DNA of 64,000 nt from Acidimicrobiales bacterium (lineage in GTDB: Bacteria; Actinomycetota; Acidimicrobiia; Acidimicrobiales; Palsa-688). Both the position numbers and the translations under genes were made by a program. The stretch covers positions 1,946-65,945 of the forward strand of contig JBKQUU010000042.1 in the NCBI GenBank assembly GCA_052325485.1, in the 5' to 3' direction. Shown here piece after piece: positions 8,801 to 16,475 of the stretch (positions are counted from its first letter, which is position 1; the number at the start of each line of letters is the position of its first letter). The notes beneath the pieces are model-generated. The model was not told where the DNA came from. It made no database searches and worked only from the letters and a program-made list of their open reading frames with translations.

Positions 8801-9829
8801 ACGCGGGCCGCTCGGCCGCCCGGAGGCGCTCACCCCGAACACCGCCCAGCCCGTCGGCAAGCGGGCCAGGAACCAGAAACCTCCTGTCGTGCCTTGCACG
8901 GGGAGGAACTGTGAGGCATGGGCGGTCCCGGGCACGGCCACCGACGTCGCCGGGCCGGCGCCCGGGAAGAGCTGGACCACCCCCGGACGAGCTAGCCCCA
9001 TGGTGCCGGACGAACTTTCCAGAGCGCCTTGGGAGCAGGCCACCGGCAAGATGGACCGACGGGTGGCGGACAAGCCCTGACCGCCTTGCACCGACGGTGC
9101 CACCCGCACCACGGCACACTTTCCCTGCGAGCTGGTCAGCAGCCATAGAGCGCCCCCGGCCACGGCCGCCCCACCGGCCTGGTCGTAGGGCCGGTCGCCG
9201 AGGCGGACGAAGCCCACGGGCCGGGTGGCATGGCGGGCCGCCGCCGCTAGGGCCTGCGCCCCGAGCTCCACGGTCGAAGCGTCCACCAGCGAGACCGTGC
9301 TGCTGGGGGCATAGCGGACGATATAGGCGGCGGCGCCGGCGGCGAGGCCGGCCGCCGAGGACTCGCCGGCCAGGGGACCGAGGGAGATCCCGTTGGTCGG
9401 TGGCCCCAGGACGTAGTTGTCCTTCCCCAGCATGTTGAAGGCGCCCGTGGCCCGGTTGACGAGCATCGTGCCGGTGCTGGTCGTCACCGCCTCGACGTCG
9501 GCGTAGGTGGGCGCTCCGACCTGGGCGTAAACACCCTCTAGCTGCACCGTCACCGCTCCCGTGGCCAGGTCGATCACGGTCAGGGGGCGGTAATCGTCAA
9601 GGACGAGCGAACCGCCGAAGATCGTCGGGTGCCGCGACGTCGGTGCCGGGCCCGTGGCCGCCGACCACACCAGTCCCCCGACGACTACGGCGCTGAGAGC
9701 CACGCCGGTGACCGCACCGAGGGCGCCAAAGGTCGCTCCTCGGCGGCTCGAGGAGCTGGCGAGGCCGAACATGGACCGTCGGGCGGGGACCACAGAGGCG
9801 GGGGACGCGCGTACGCGTGGCGTCTTCAT
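5822..9829 (-). CDS. large (1335 aa) cell-surface protein: N-terminal signal/anchor, unknown globular region, FN3-like domains, Pro/Thr-rich stalk, C-terminal TM anchor
   Basis: ATG at 9829 (MKTPRV...) with an AGGAA RBS. Hydrophobic segment GALGAVTGVALSAVVVGGLVW. FN3-like segments such as LQPGTAYQAVVTAYIGRESTPSAPVSFTT. About 257 aa of P/T/S/A low complexity. C-terminal TM ALWAVLAALLAGIFAGSLLW followed by a basic tail. Confidence 0.75.
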   Translation of the reverse strand: MKTPRVRASPASVVPARRSMFGLASSSSRRGATFGALGAVTGVALSAVVVGGLVWSAATGPAPTSRHPTIFGGSLVLDDYRPLTVIDLATGAVTVQLEGVYAQVGAPTYADVEAVTTSTGTMLVNRATGAFNMLGKDNYVLGPPTNGISLGPLAGESSAAGLAAGAAAYIVRYAPSSTVSLVDASTVELGAQALAAAARHATRPVGFVRLGDRPYDQAGGAAVAGGALWLLTSSQGKCAVVRVAPSVQGGQGLSATRRSILPVACSQGALESSSGTMGLARPGVVQLFPGAGPATSVAVPGTAHASQFLPVQGTTGGFWFLARLPTGWAVFGVSASGRPSGPRPLGAFGPGAEPVVPAYSAGLLYTLDQAQPGQPSLWTVQPATGVMKTVPGAPAYPAESVTEKAGFQGAQVLVDGPRVIFNNPESLLAVVVFTDGSHAPVVVNKSDAVEVSAAGPGDINVKHEKPKPQLKSPRPGSAPTTTPTTVVQPLVVQPVTQQVDCASTTEKPYAPQISSISPSDESALVAWTYHLLAEQDCLPSTWSVTVTALGGGAQLPRRTQLVDGQEQLLFTGLQPGTAYQAVVTAYIGRESTPSAPVSFTTTAVGPGPPASVSSVANGQGGWVVSWTPCRGPKCEVPAASWTVIGSSCGTGFIGQAPKLDVRGSQTSVTVNAADDLGLLGDSLNFSVQGVSGAGLVGAPTSSDQCAPAWQPPDASALKLLAAGTPQGQTITADLKLVLASGTAPVLAYGGNQVTYTYSVDGRSFGPTTALEANISGLDPAEQYQATVLVTPVDHPSAAVTVTSHEFGRTIPWPSGLQMQVHGTVGADPNTGTVIARFEDLPTGVFQALGAITCGSETLPVSGALSGGRFAPTMDLDQMGGACSLALTLSSTLTPDPYGVPSPELTVPFSIGSPAAYRFDAVADEGCRPECTTPGIEVAYQGTGQPAGTDWQVAAASTAGCSATDQTAAAGDFPVVVPWPATCPRPTITVSWLYLGVAGSAVAKLPATSSTSVPSSTTTATSSTRTIVPSIVSSTTTEPMSTLTTAPTKGPEKTPRNAPGQAPSTVPSTTSISPRPTPPTTTSMTTTPTTTSATTTSPTTTSPTTTAPKATGPKVTAPAPVTTAAPTTAPPTPYSATTLPPAVTTVPPTTQPATTVPMSSTTAPPASTTTTAPPAATTTTAPPAVTTTTTPAATTTTAPPPTTTPPPTTTPPAATTTTTTPPAATTTAPAVTTTTTTPPAATTTPPAATTNPPPTTTAPTTTTPPGGTALPAVVAWPGSQNGRRPGPGAPATVLSGALWAVLAALLAGIFAGSLLWSRGLAPRARRPVYRVTEATT
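6041..6811. repeat. coding low-complexity, imperfectly repetitive DNA (ggtggtggt-rich on the + strand) encoding the Pro/Thr stalk
   Basis: Encoded units such as TTTTAPPAATTTT, TTTPPPTTTPPAATTTTTT and TTSPTTTSPTTT. The DNA shows runs of gtggtggtgg / ggcggcgg. Confidence 0.8.
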
Positions 9830-9902
9830 CGGTTTCCTGGGTGATCTATCGGCACTTCGCCCGGCACGGTTAATTGGGCCCGCTGGCGGCGCGCCGACTA
9901 GG

Positions 9903-10448
9903 TCAAACCGGCAAAGCCAGGCCCCCGGCGACCATCGCCGCCAGGGCGGCGAAGACCTCGAGCCACCCTGACAGAGCTCCGGCCCGCGCCGAGGGGACCA
10001 TGGCCACGGCGGTGACCACGGCCACGAGGACCAGGCTGGTCGCCAGCATCCGGCGCTGTCCCCGGACCACACCGCTCGGGACCGCCGACTCCGCCTGGTG
10101 CACGGCCAGCAGGTAGCACAACAACAAGGCGCCGAGAAGGCCGGTGTGCCATGGACTGCTCTTGTGCAGGGTCTCGAGCACCACCATGGCGACGGCGGCG
10201 CCCGTCTCCCATCCCAGCCCCTGGAGAAGGGCGTCCGCCGTGCCCGCCAGGTTTACCAGGGCCCCGGCGAACAACCCCTCGTGGTCTCGAACGGCGTCCT
10301 GGCGGACGATGCGCAACACCCCGGCCAGCACACAGCCGGCGGCGACCACGAGGAACAACCCCCCAGGCCAGCCGGTGCCGCCCAGGGGGACGGCGGACCA
10401 CAAGGTGCCGGCCGCGCCGAGCAAGGCCACAACGACGATCGACCTCAC
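9903..10448 (-). CDS. hypothetical polytopic membrane protein
   Basis: GTG at 10448 overlaps the upstream DUF58 stop (GTGA). About 5 hydrophobic helices (VVVALLGAAGTLW, GLFLVVAAGCVLAGVL, LLGALLLCYLLAV, ATSLVLVAVVTAVAMV, VFAALAAMVAGGLAL). No family recognised. Confidence 0.55.
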   Translation of the reverse strand: MRSIVVVALLGAAGTLWSAVPLGGTGWPGGLFLVVAAGCVLAGVLRIVRQDAVRDHEGLFAGALVNLAGTADALLQGLGWETGAAVAMVVLETLHKSSPWHTGLLGALLLCYLLAVHQAESAVPSGVVRGQRRMLATSLVLVAVVTAVAMVPSARAGALSGWLEVFAALAAMVAGGLALPV

Positions 10449-11743
10449 TGCCGGCCCCCCCGCGCCCGGCGGGCCCGCTGGTCCACGGGCAGGGCGAGGG
10501 CACCTACGCCGTCCCAGTTCACCACCGTGACGCCCAGTTCGCCCAGGGAGAACCGGATGGCCTGGCGTTCCATCCGCCATATCCGCTCCGCTAAGCGGTC
10601 CAGCCTCCGCCGCGCCCTGCGGGGCGCGGCGTCGAGGACGTCCACGACCAGCACCGGGAAGCTCCGCTGGCGCAGGTCACGCAGGGTCTCTACGAACTTG
10701 GCGTCCAGCAGAGGGCTGAAGGCGACCACCGCCGCCCCGGGCGGGAGGGCGGCGCGCGGGAGACGAGCGATGTCGTTTCCCGACGACCAGCCGGCGCGAC
10801 CTACGACAATGGCGTCCAACAAGCGGAAGAACTGCCGGTGGCCCAGGCCGGGGGCCAGCCAACGCATGCGAGCGCCGAAGAAGACCAAGCCCACCCGGTC
10901 CCTGGCGTCCAGGTAGGTACGGGCCACGCCCAACGCCCCCCGCAGGGCGTGGTCCACCGAGGTGGAACCCAGCTCGCCCACGTCGGAGGTGGCGTCCACC
11001 AGCAAGACGACGTCCTGGGAACGCTCGGCGGCGAACGTGTTCACCTGCAGGCGTCCCCGACGAGTGGTGGCCGCCCAATTGATACTGCGCTGGCGGTCCC
11101 CGGCTACGTACTGGCGTACCCCGGCGAACTCCACCCCGTCGCCCGCAGAACGGGCCGGGTGGTCCCCGACCCGGTTGGCCAGGCGTCCCCGGACTACCGC
11201 GCCGGCGTGGTGCGCCGGCAGCGGGTAGCAGTCGACTTCGGCCAGGAGGACGAAGCCGTGGCATTCGAACATCCGGGCCCGGTCCCACAGGACGACCTCC
11301 AAGCTCCCCAGACGGCGCCGGCCCCAACGGGACACTTCGAGGCACAACGTGGCGTTACTGGACGCCGCCCTGTCGGCACCTCTCACCGCCCGGGCGCCGT
11401 CGGCGGGATGGACGACCAGTTCAACGGCATGGTCCCCCTGACCGCTGACGGTCACGTCCAAGGCGATCTGCTCGCCCTCGTAGGCCCGCGACGCGCTCGT
11501 GCGGACGCTCACCTCCACGGCCCGAGGTTTGGGGCTACGCCAGACGAACAACAAGACCAGGGCGGGGGCGGCGACAGCGACCAGTGCGGGGCGCCTCGTC
11601 AAGACGGCCAGGACCAACCCGACCAGGGCCAGGTTGAACAGACGCCGCGCGTGCCGGGAGACGGCCCAGTCCAGCTCAAGCCGGACCGGGCCGGCGCTCC
11701 GTGCCGGTGGCGCCAGACCCTCGGTCCCCGGGCTAGCTATCAC
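10445..11743 (-). CDS. DUF58 domain protein (MoxR partner), module 2
   Basis: N-terminal TM pair. DUF58 signature VEFAGVRQYVAGDRQRSINW. vWA-like VVLLVDATSD. GTG start at 11743. Confidence 0.85.
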   Translation of the reverse strand: MIASPGTEGLAPPARSAGPVRLELDWAVSRHARRLFNLALVGLVLAVLTRRPALVAVAAPALVLLFVWRSPKPRAVEVSVRTSASRAYEGEQIALDVTVSGQGDHAVELVVHPADGARAVRGADRAASSNATLCLEVSRWGRRRLGSLEVVLWDRARMFECHGFVLLAEVDCYPLPAHHAGAVVRGRLANRVGDHPARSAGDGVEFAGVRQYVAGDRQRSINWAATTRRGRLQVNTFAAERSQDVVLLVDATSDVGELGSTSVDHALRGALGVARTYLDARDRVGLVFFGARMRWLAPGLGHRQFFRLLDAIVVGRAGWSSGNDIARLPRAALPPGAAVVAFSPLLDAKFVETLRDLRQRSFPVLVVDVLDAAPRRARRRLDRLAERIWRMERQAIRFSLGELGVTVVNWDGVGALALPVDQRARRARGGRQ

Positions 11744-12767
11744 CGGCGCCCCGCCCCGCCCGGGCCGTCCCCGCCGAGGGGCCCGCAGGCGCTCCCGCGG
11801 CGGGGTCGGTGCGCGGCGTGGGCACGGACGCCATCACCGCGGCGATGACGTCGTCGGAGCTGACCTGGCGCACCCAGAGCTCCGGGCGCAGCACGACCCG
11901 GTGGGCCAGAGTTGGCACGGCGACCTGCTTTATGTCGTCCGGGATGACAAAGTCGCGCCGGCGCATGAGCGCTTCGCCCCGCGCCAGCTGCACCAGGGCC
12001 AAGCTGCCCCGGGGGCTGGCCCCGACCTGGATTTGGGAATGGCCCCGGGTCGCGGTGACTATCGCCACGACATAGTCGAGCAGGTCAGGGGATACTTCTA
12101 TCTGCTCCAGGGAGCCGCGCATGGCCAGTAGTTCGGACGCGTCGATGACCTGGGCCAGCTCGACGTGGTCGTGGCCCCGGTCCAGCCGGCGTTGCACCAT
12201 GGCGACTTCCTCGCCCGGCTGCAGGTAGCCCAGGCGCAGCCTCATCAGGAAGCGGTCGAGCTGAGCCTCGGGCAGCTCGTAGGTGCCCTCGTACTCGATC
12301 GGGTTGTCGGTGGCCAGCACCACGAACGGCTGAGGCAGCCTCCTGGTCTCGCCGTCGACGCTCACCTGGCCCTCCCCCATGGCCTCGAGCAGCGCCGCCT
12401 GGGTCTTGGGCGGTGTGCGGTTGATCTCGTCGGCGAGCAACAAGTTGGTAAAGACCGGCCCGGGACGGAAGACCATCTCACTGGTCCGTTGGTCGTACAA
12501 AGGCGCGCCCACCACGTCAGAGGGCAGCATGTCCGGGGTGAACTGGATACGGGCGAAATCGAGCCCCAGGACCTTGGCAAAGGACCTGGCGATCAGGGTC
12601 TTCCCCAGCCCCGGGAGATCCTCGAGCAGGATGTGGCCGCCGGCCAGGATGCCGATCAGCACCAGCTCGAGCGTGCGCCTTCGCCCCACCACCACGCGCT
12701 CGATCTCGTCCAGGACGGCCCCGCACAGCTGAGCCGTCTCGGACGGCGTGCGCCCAGGCCCGGTCAC
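11733..12767 (-). CDS. MoxR-family AAA+ ATPase, module 2
   Basis: GHILLEDLPGLGKT, LLADEINRTPPKTQAALLEAM, ATDNP and LPEAQLDRF motifs. GTG at 12767 overlaps the upstream stop (GTGA). The remainder of ORF 11733..13322 is an out-of-frame extension over the upstream gene. Confidence 0.9.
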   Translation of the reverse strand: MTGPGRTPSETAQLCGAVLDEIERVVVGRRRTLELVLIGILAGGHILLEDLPGLGKTLIARSFAKVLGLDFARIQFTPDMLPSDVVGAPLYDQRTSEMVFRPGPVFTNLLLADEINRTPPKTQAALLEAMGEGQVSVDGETRRLPQPFVVLATDNPIEYEGTYELPEAQLDRFLMRLRLGYLQPGEEVAMVQRRLDRGHDHVELAQVIDASELLAMRGSLEQIEVSPDLLDYVVAIVTATRGHSQIQVGASPRGSLALVQLARGEALMRRRDFVIPDDIKQVAVPTLAHRVVLRPELWVRQVSSDDVIAAVMASVPTPRTDPAAGAPAGPSAGTARAGRGAGDS

Positions 12768-13312
12768 AGTTGTTCCAGTCTCTGGACGAGCCGGGCCAGC
12801 GTCGTGGGCGGGATGCCGGGACCTTCCAACCGGTCCGCCAGGGGACGCCCGGGGTCGACCCAGGCCCATAGGTCCAGATCCCGGGGGCGGGCGCAAAGGA
12901 GGCCGCGGGCTACTTCGGGCTCGTGGTAGAGGCTGACCCCGTGGCCCTCTGAGAGCCTGGCCGCCAACAGGTGCTCGAGCTCGGGGCCCAGGCTGGCGTG
13001 GTAGGAAGCCATCGAGCGCATGGCGTCCGTGAGATCCGTCCGCCAACGCCAGTAGTTGATGAACGACCCGGTGGGCGGGCGCCGGCCGGTGGGGATCTCG
13101 GGCTGGGGCGGCGGGGCCGGGACCGGGGCCAGCAGGCGGTTGACCACCACCAGGGACAGAGCCGAGAAGATGAGCACCACCAGTACGGTCGCCGCCCCGC
13201 CGGCGACGGCATAAGCGGCGATGGCACAGGCAGCCAGGACCACCCCGGCGATGGCCAGCTCGGGCCGGGCGCTCCCCCACGGGGAGCGGCCCTGGCGTTG
13301 CCGGCTGGTCAC
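12764..13312 (-). CDS. hypothetical membrane protein (2 TM plus soluble C-terminal domain)
   Basis: 182-aa ORF with two adjacent hydrophobic helices (ELAIAGVVLAACAIAAYAV, TVLVVLIFSALSLVVV). Its start at 13312 overlaps the upstream stop (ATGA) and its stop overlaps the MoxR start. Confidence 0.6.
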   Translation of the reverse strand: MTSRQRQGRSPWGSARPELAIAGVVLAACAIAAYAVAGGAATVLVVLIFSALSLVVVNRLLAPVPAPPPQPEIPTGRRPPTGSFINYWRWRTDLTDAMRSMASYHASLGPELEHLLAARLSEGHGVSLYHEPEVARGLLCARPRDLDLWAWVDPGRPLADRLEGPGIPPTTLARLVQRLEQL

Positions 13313-14235
13313 GACGTGGCACCTGTCGGGACAGCCCGAGGGTGGTCGAGCTCCAAGACCAGCTCAGCCAGCGCCCTCTCGGCCGCGTCCCGCTGAGCGG
13401 CGTAGAGAGGGTGGGTGGAGAACCGGGCCTCGTAAAACAACGAGGTGAGCCGCGACGCCGAGGCGGCGGTGATCAGGAGAGTACGGGCGGCCCGGGCCAA
13501 CAGCTCGTCCGGGGTCTCGGCGCTGGCCCGTGCCGCTCCCGCTCGGGCCAGGCTCTCCTCCATCGCCATGTAGCAGGCGATGATGGCCGCCCGGGCATCG
13601 TCTAGCTCGAGCAGGGCACGCTGTCCCCAGATGAGCGCTTCCTGCAGGGCACCGCCGTACTCCTGCGCCGGCGCCTCGGGCTCCGCCGCCGGTCGGTGGC
13701 GGCCGTGGCGCATGATCATCAGCGCCACCGCCACGGTGGCCAGCACCAGGACGGCGGCAGCGAGCGCGTAGAGGATCTCCGACAGAGGGAAGTGAGAGCT
13801 CGTCCCGCCGGTCCCCGGCAACGGCAGGCGTCCCGGGCGCACGACGGTTTGCGGTACCGGCCCGCGCCCCGCCCGGGCCTGGAACGGCCCGATCTTGACC
13901 ACCAGCAGGACAAACGTCACGACCAGTGCCGATATGCCGGCACTCAGGAGGTACAACAGCGCCGTGCGCAGCCTGGCCGCTAGGAGCTGGTCGGGCGGCG
14001 CCCTCCGGTTGCGCACGGCCAGGGCCAGCGCCAGGACGACGCACACCACCAACAGGGCGGCGACGACCTCGGCGTCGTGAGGCTTGGACCGGTTGCCCCA
14101 TGACGGCGATGAGACCTTGCCATGCAACCCGACGGCCACCAAGAGCGTCAGGAGGACCAAAAGGGCCAGGCGGGGAGCGGCCCCCGCTCGACCGGACAGG
14201 TCCGGCTCCCTCGCCCAGCGAGCTAGCCCCCTCAC
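13309..14235 (-). CDS. DUF4129-like domain membrane protein
   Basis: C-terminal region DDARAAIIACYMAMEESLARAGAARASAETPDELLARA...LTSLFYEARFSTHP resembles DUF4129, which accompanies MoxR/DUF58/transglutaminase loci. Several TM helices. Start placed at GTG 14235. The ORF is open to 14361, but that part is made of tandem repeats. Confidence 0.6.
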   Translation of the reverse strand: MRGLARWAREPDLSGRAGAAPRLALLVLLTLLVAVGLHGKVSSPSWGNRSKPHDAEVVAALLVVCVVLALALAVRNRRAPPDQLLAARLRTALLYLLSAGISALVVTFVLLVVKIGPFQARAGRGPVPQTVVRPGRLPLPGTGGTSSHFPLSEILYALAAAVLVLATVAVALMIMRHGRHRPAAEPEAPAQEYGGALQEALIWGQRALLELDDARAAIIACYMAMEESLARAGAARASAETPDELLARAARTLLITAASASRLTSLFYEARFSTHPLYAAQRDAAERALAELVLELDHPRAVPTGATS

Positions 14236-14320
14236 CAACGCCCCCGTTCTGTGCCTTCCCCGCCGACCATTGGCGCGGCTGGTCGGCGCCCGACTGCCGC
14301 CACAGTATTGCAACCGAGGT

Positions 14321-14378
14321 CCAAGTCCGGACCAGCGGGCAAGTCCGGACCAGGCGGGCAAGTCCGGACCAGGCGGGC
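14321..14378. repeat. three-copy 19-nt tandem direct repeat (aagtccggaccaggcgggc) in the divergent promoter region
   Basis: Copies at about 14322-14340 (one base shorter), 14341-14359 and 14360-14378. Followed by a duplicated cgaactag at about 14383 and 14400. Confidence 0.75.
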
Positions 14379-14420
14379 CGTTCGAACTAGGCGACGGCCC
14401 GAACTAGTGTGCCAGGGGCC

Positions 14421-15233
14421 ATGACCAACGGGCTGACGCTTATGGCCGTCCACGCCCACCCCGACGACGAAGTGATAGGCACCGGTGGCGTCCTGGCCCG
14501 TTACGCCGCGGAGGGCGTCAGTACCGTGCTCGTCACCTGCACCAACGGCGAACAGGGCGATGCCCCGGGGGGCGTGAAACCGGGGCGTCCGGGCCATGAC
14601 GCGGCGGAGGTGGCCCGGCTGCGCCTGGACGAGCTGCGCGCCTCGGTGGCATGGCTGGAGGTGAGCCACCTCGAGCTACTGGGCTACCCCGACTCCGGCA
14701 TGGCCGGCTGGGAAGCCAACCAAGGCCCGGACGCCTTCTGCAACGTCGCGCTGGCCGAGGTGGCCGGGCGCATCGGTGAGCTGATGGGACGCTACCGGCC
14801 CCAGGTCGTCGTCACTTACGACGAGAACGGCGGGTACGGGCACCCCGACCACATCCAGGCTCACCGCGCCACCGTGGCCGCGGCCGCGTCGAGCGGTATC
14901 CCCGCCAAGGTCTATTACGGCGCCGTCCCCAGATCTGCGTTCCTTCAGCTACGCCAACAGCTTGAGGCATCGGGCGTCGACCCGAAGGACCTCGGCGTCG
15001 CCCCCGATTTCGGCGTCCCCGACGAACTGGTCACCACTTCGGTGGACGTCTCGGCCTACCGCCACCGCAAGTTACAGGCCCTGCTCGCCCACGCCAGCCA
15101 GATAGAGAACTTTTTCTTCACCCATCTCCCCGAGGACGTGCAAAGCCTCGCTCTGTCCCGCGAGTGGTTCACGCTCCGCTCCGCGCCGGACGGCCTGGTG
15201 GGCGAAGACGACCTCTTGGCCGGCCTGAGATAG
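14421..15233 (+). CDS. PIG-L/LmbE family N-acetylglucosaminyl deacetylase (MshB/Mca-like)
   Basis: LMAVHAHPDDEVIGTGG and GGYGHPDHIQAH metal-site motifs. ATG at 14421, with an alternative GTG at 14409. Confidence 0.85.
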   Translation: MTNGLTLMAVHAHPDDEVIGTGGVLARYAAEGVSTVLVTCTNGEQGDAPGGVKPGRPGHDAAEVARLRLDELRASVAWLEVSHLELLGYPDSGMAGWEANQGPDAFCNVALAEVAGRIGELMGRYRPQVVVTYDENGGYGHPDHIQAHRATVAAAASSGIPAKVYYGAVPRSAFLQLRQQLEASGVDPKDLGVAPDFGVPDELVTTSVDVSAYRHRKLQALLAHASQIENFFFTHLPEDVQSLALSREWFTLRSAPDGLVGEDDLLAGLR

Positions 15234-15234
15234 C

Positions 15235-15300
15235 CGTGCCCGGCGCTGCCCGGCCAGACGGTGCCCGGCCTGGCACTGCCCGGCCAAATGGTGCCCGGCT
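15235..15300. repeat. imperfect tandem repeat built on tgcccggc (gtgcccggc x3, ctgcccggcca x2)
   Basis: gtgcccggc at 15236, 15261 and 15291. ctgcccggcca at 15246 and 15276. Begins 2 nt after the deacetylase stop. Confidence 0.7.
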
Positions 15301-16351
15301 GTCGGGGGCCTCCGCTGAACTTCTCGACCGTGGTGACCTCGACGAGCTCACGCGCCACGTCAACGCTCTGGTGGCGGAGCGCAACTGGGAGGAACTGGTC
15401 GCCCTGGCCGCCCGCTGCCGCCTGGCGTTCGAGCGCGGCAAGCAGCTTTGGGCCGTGGCCGCTCACATCGAGTACCGCCTCGCCCTGGAGGCTCCCGGTC
15501 GTTGGGCGGCAATAATGCTGGAGACGGCGCCCGGGCGTTTCGCCTTCGGGCCGTTGCCCGAGGTCGCCGCCTCCACGCACACCTGGGCAGAGCTGTCATC
15601 TCACCTCCACGCCAGCCCGCAGGCGGCTATGTCGGCACACGAACGCGTGATGCGGGGCGACGACCTCACCGCCGACCCCGTCGCCGCCACTCTGCCCGAA
15701 GTCCTCGACCTGCCCCTGCGGCTACAGCCCTGGGAACCTGGTTACGCCCTGGCCGAGTACCGCTCCGACAAAATGGCGGCCCCCTCGCCTCCGCTCCCAC
15801 CATTGGTGCCGCTCAGGCCGCGTACGGCGGCCACGGCGTCGTCGGGGCGGCCGAGCCCGCCCGTCCGATCGCCCGGGCCCGACGAACGAGGCTCGGGCGA
15901 ACATGACGAGGTCGCCGGCGCCCTGGAGGACTTGGTCAGCACGTGGACCGAGGAGTCCAACGGCCGGGCTCGGGCCGTCGGCACCAGCGGCAGTGCCCTC
16001 GATGCCATTGCCCTGCTGGAGGCGCCCGTCGAGGAGCTGGTAGAACTGGAGCCGGCCCGCGCCCTCGCCCTCATGGCCTGGGCGGCGGCGAGCGGGGGTG
16101 CTCACGGTCGTCGACGCGGGGCCGCTCCGGGGCGATTTGCGGCGTGGTGGGTGCTGGCCGCCTTAGGCGGCTGCACGTCACAGTGGCCCCTCGTCCCCCA
16201 CGAACTGGGCGAAGTGCTCGTCCGGGCCCGATGGTCCGCCTGGGCCGGGCGCGGCCCGGCCACAGGTTGGGTGCTGCGGCTCGCCATCGAGGCACCGAGC
16301 GGGCCGCAGCGCGGGCGGGCCTGGGCGCTGGCCGCCACTGATACCGCTTAG
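15236..16351 (+). CDS. hypothetical protein (start uncertain)
   Basis: Long ORF with protein-like composition (NWEELVALAARCRLAFERGKQLWAVAAHIEYRLALEAPGRW...). The earliest non-overlapping start is GTG 15236, which would make the tandem repeat encode VPGAARPDGARPGTARPNGAR. No family recognised. Confidence 0.5.
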   Translation: MPGAARPDGARPGTARPNGARLSGASAELLDRGDLDELTRHVNALVAERNWEELVALAARCRLAFERGKQLWAVAAHIEYRLALEAPGRWAAIMLETAPGRFAFGPLPEVAASTHTWAELSSHLHASPQAAMSAHERVMRGDDLTADPVAATLPEVLDLPLRLQPWEPGYALAEYRSDKMAAPSPPLPPLVPLRPRTAATASSGRPSPPVRSPGPDERGSGEHDEVAGALEDLVSTWTEESNGRARAVGTSGSALDAIALLEAPVEELVELEPARALALMAWAAASGGAHGRRRGAAPGRFAAWWVLAALGGCTSQWPLVPHELGEVLVRARWSAWAGRGPATGWVLRLAIEAPSGPQRGRAWALAATDTA

Positions 16352-16475
16352 CCGTCCACGAACAGTGCCGCCGGTGCCAGATCGTCCGGCACTCCAGCCG
16401 CCGGCGGGAGGTCCGGCCAGCTATGATGACGGCCGGTGATCGGGCCGGTGAAGGTCGAGGCAGAAGAGATCCGCC

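Noticed and set aside
15164-15235. ORF 15164..16351 starting inside the deacetylase gene (70-nt same-strand overlap).
   Set aside because: The overlapping part translates to Arg/Pro/Gly-rich sequence (MVHAPLRAGRPGGRRRPLGRPEI), and a GTG lies immediately after the deacetylase stop. I trimmed the call to 15236, although the true start remains uncertain.
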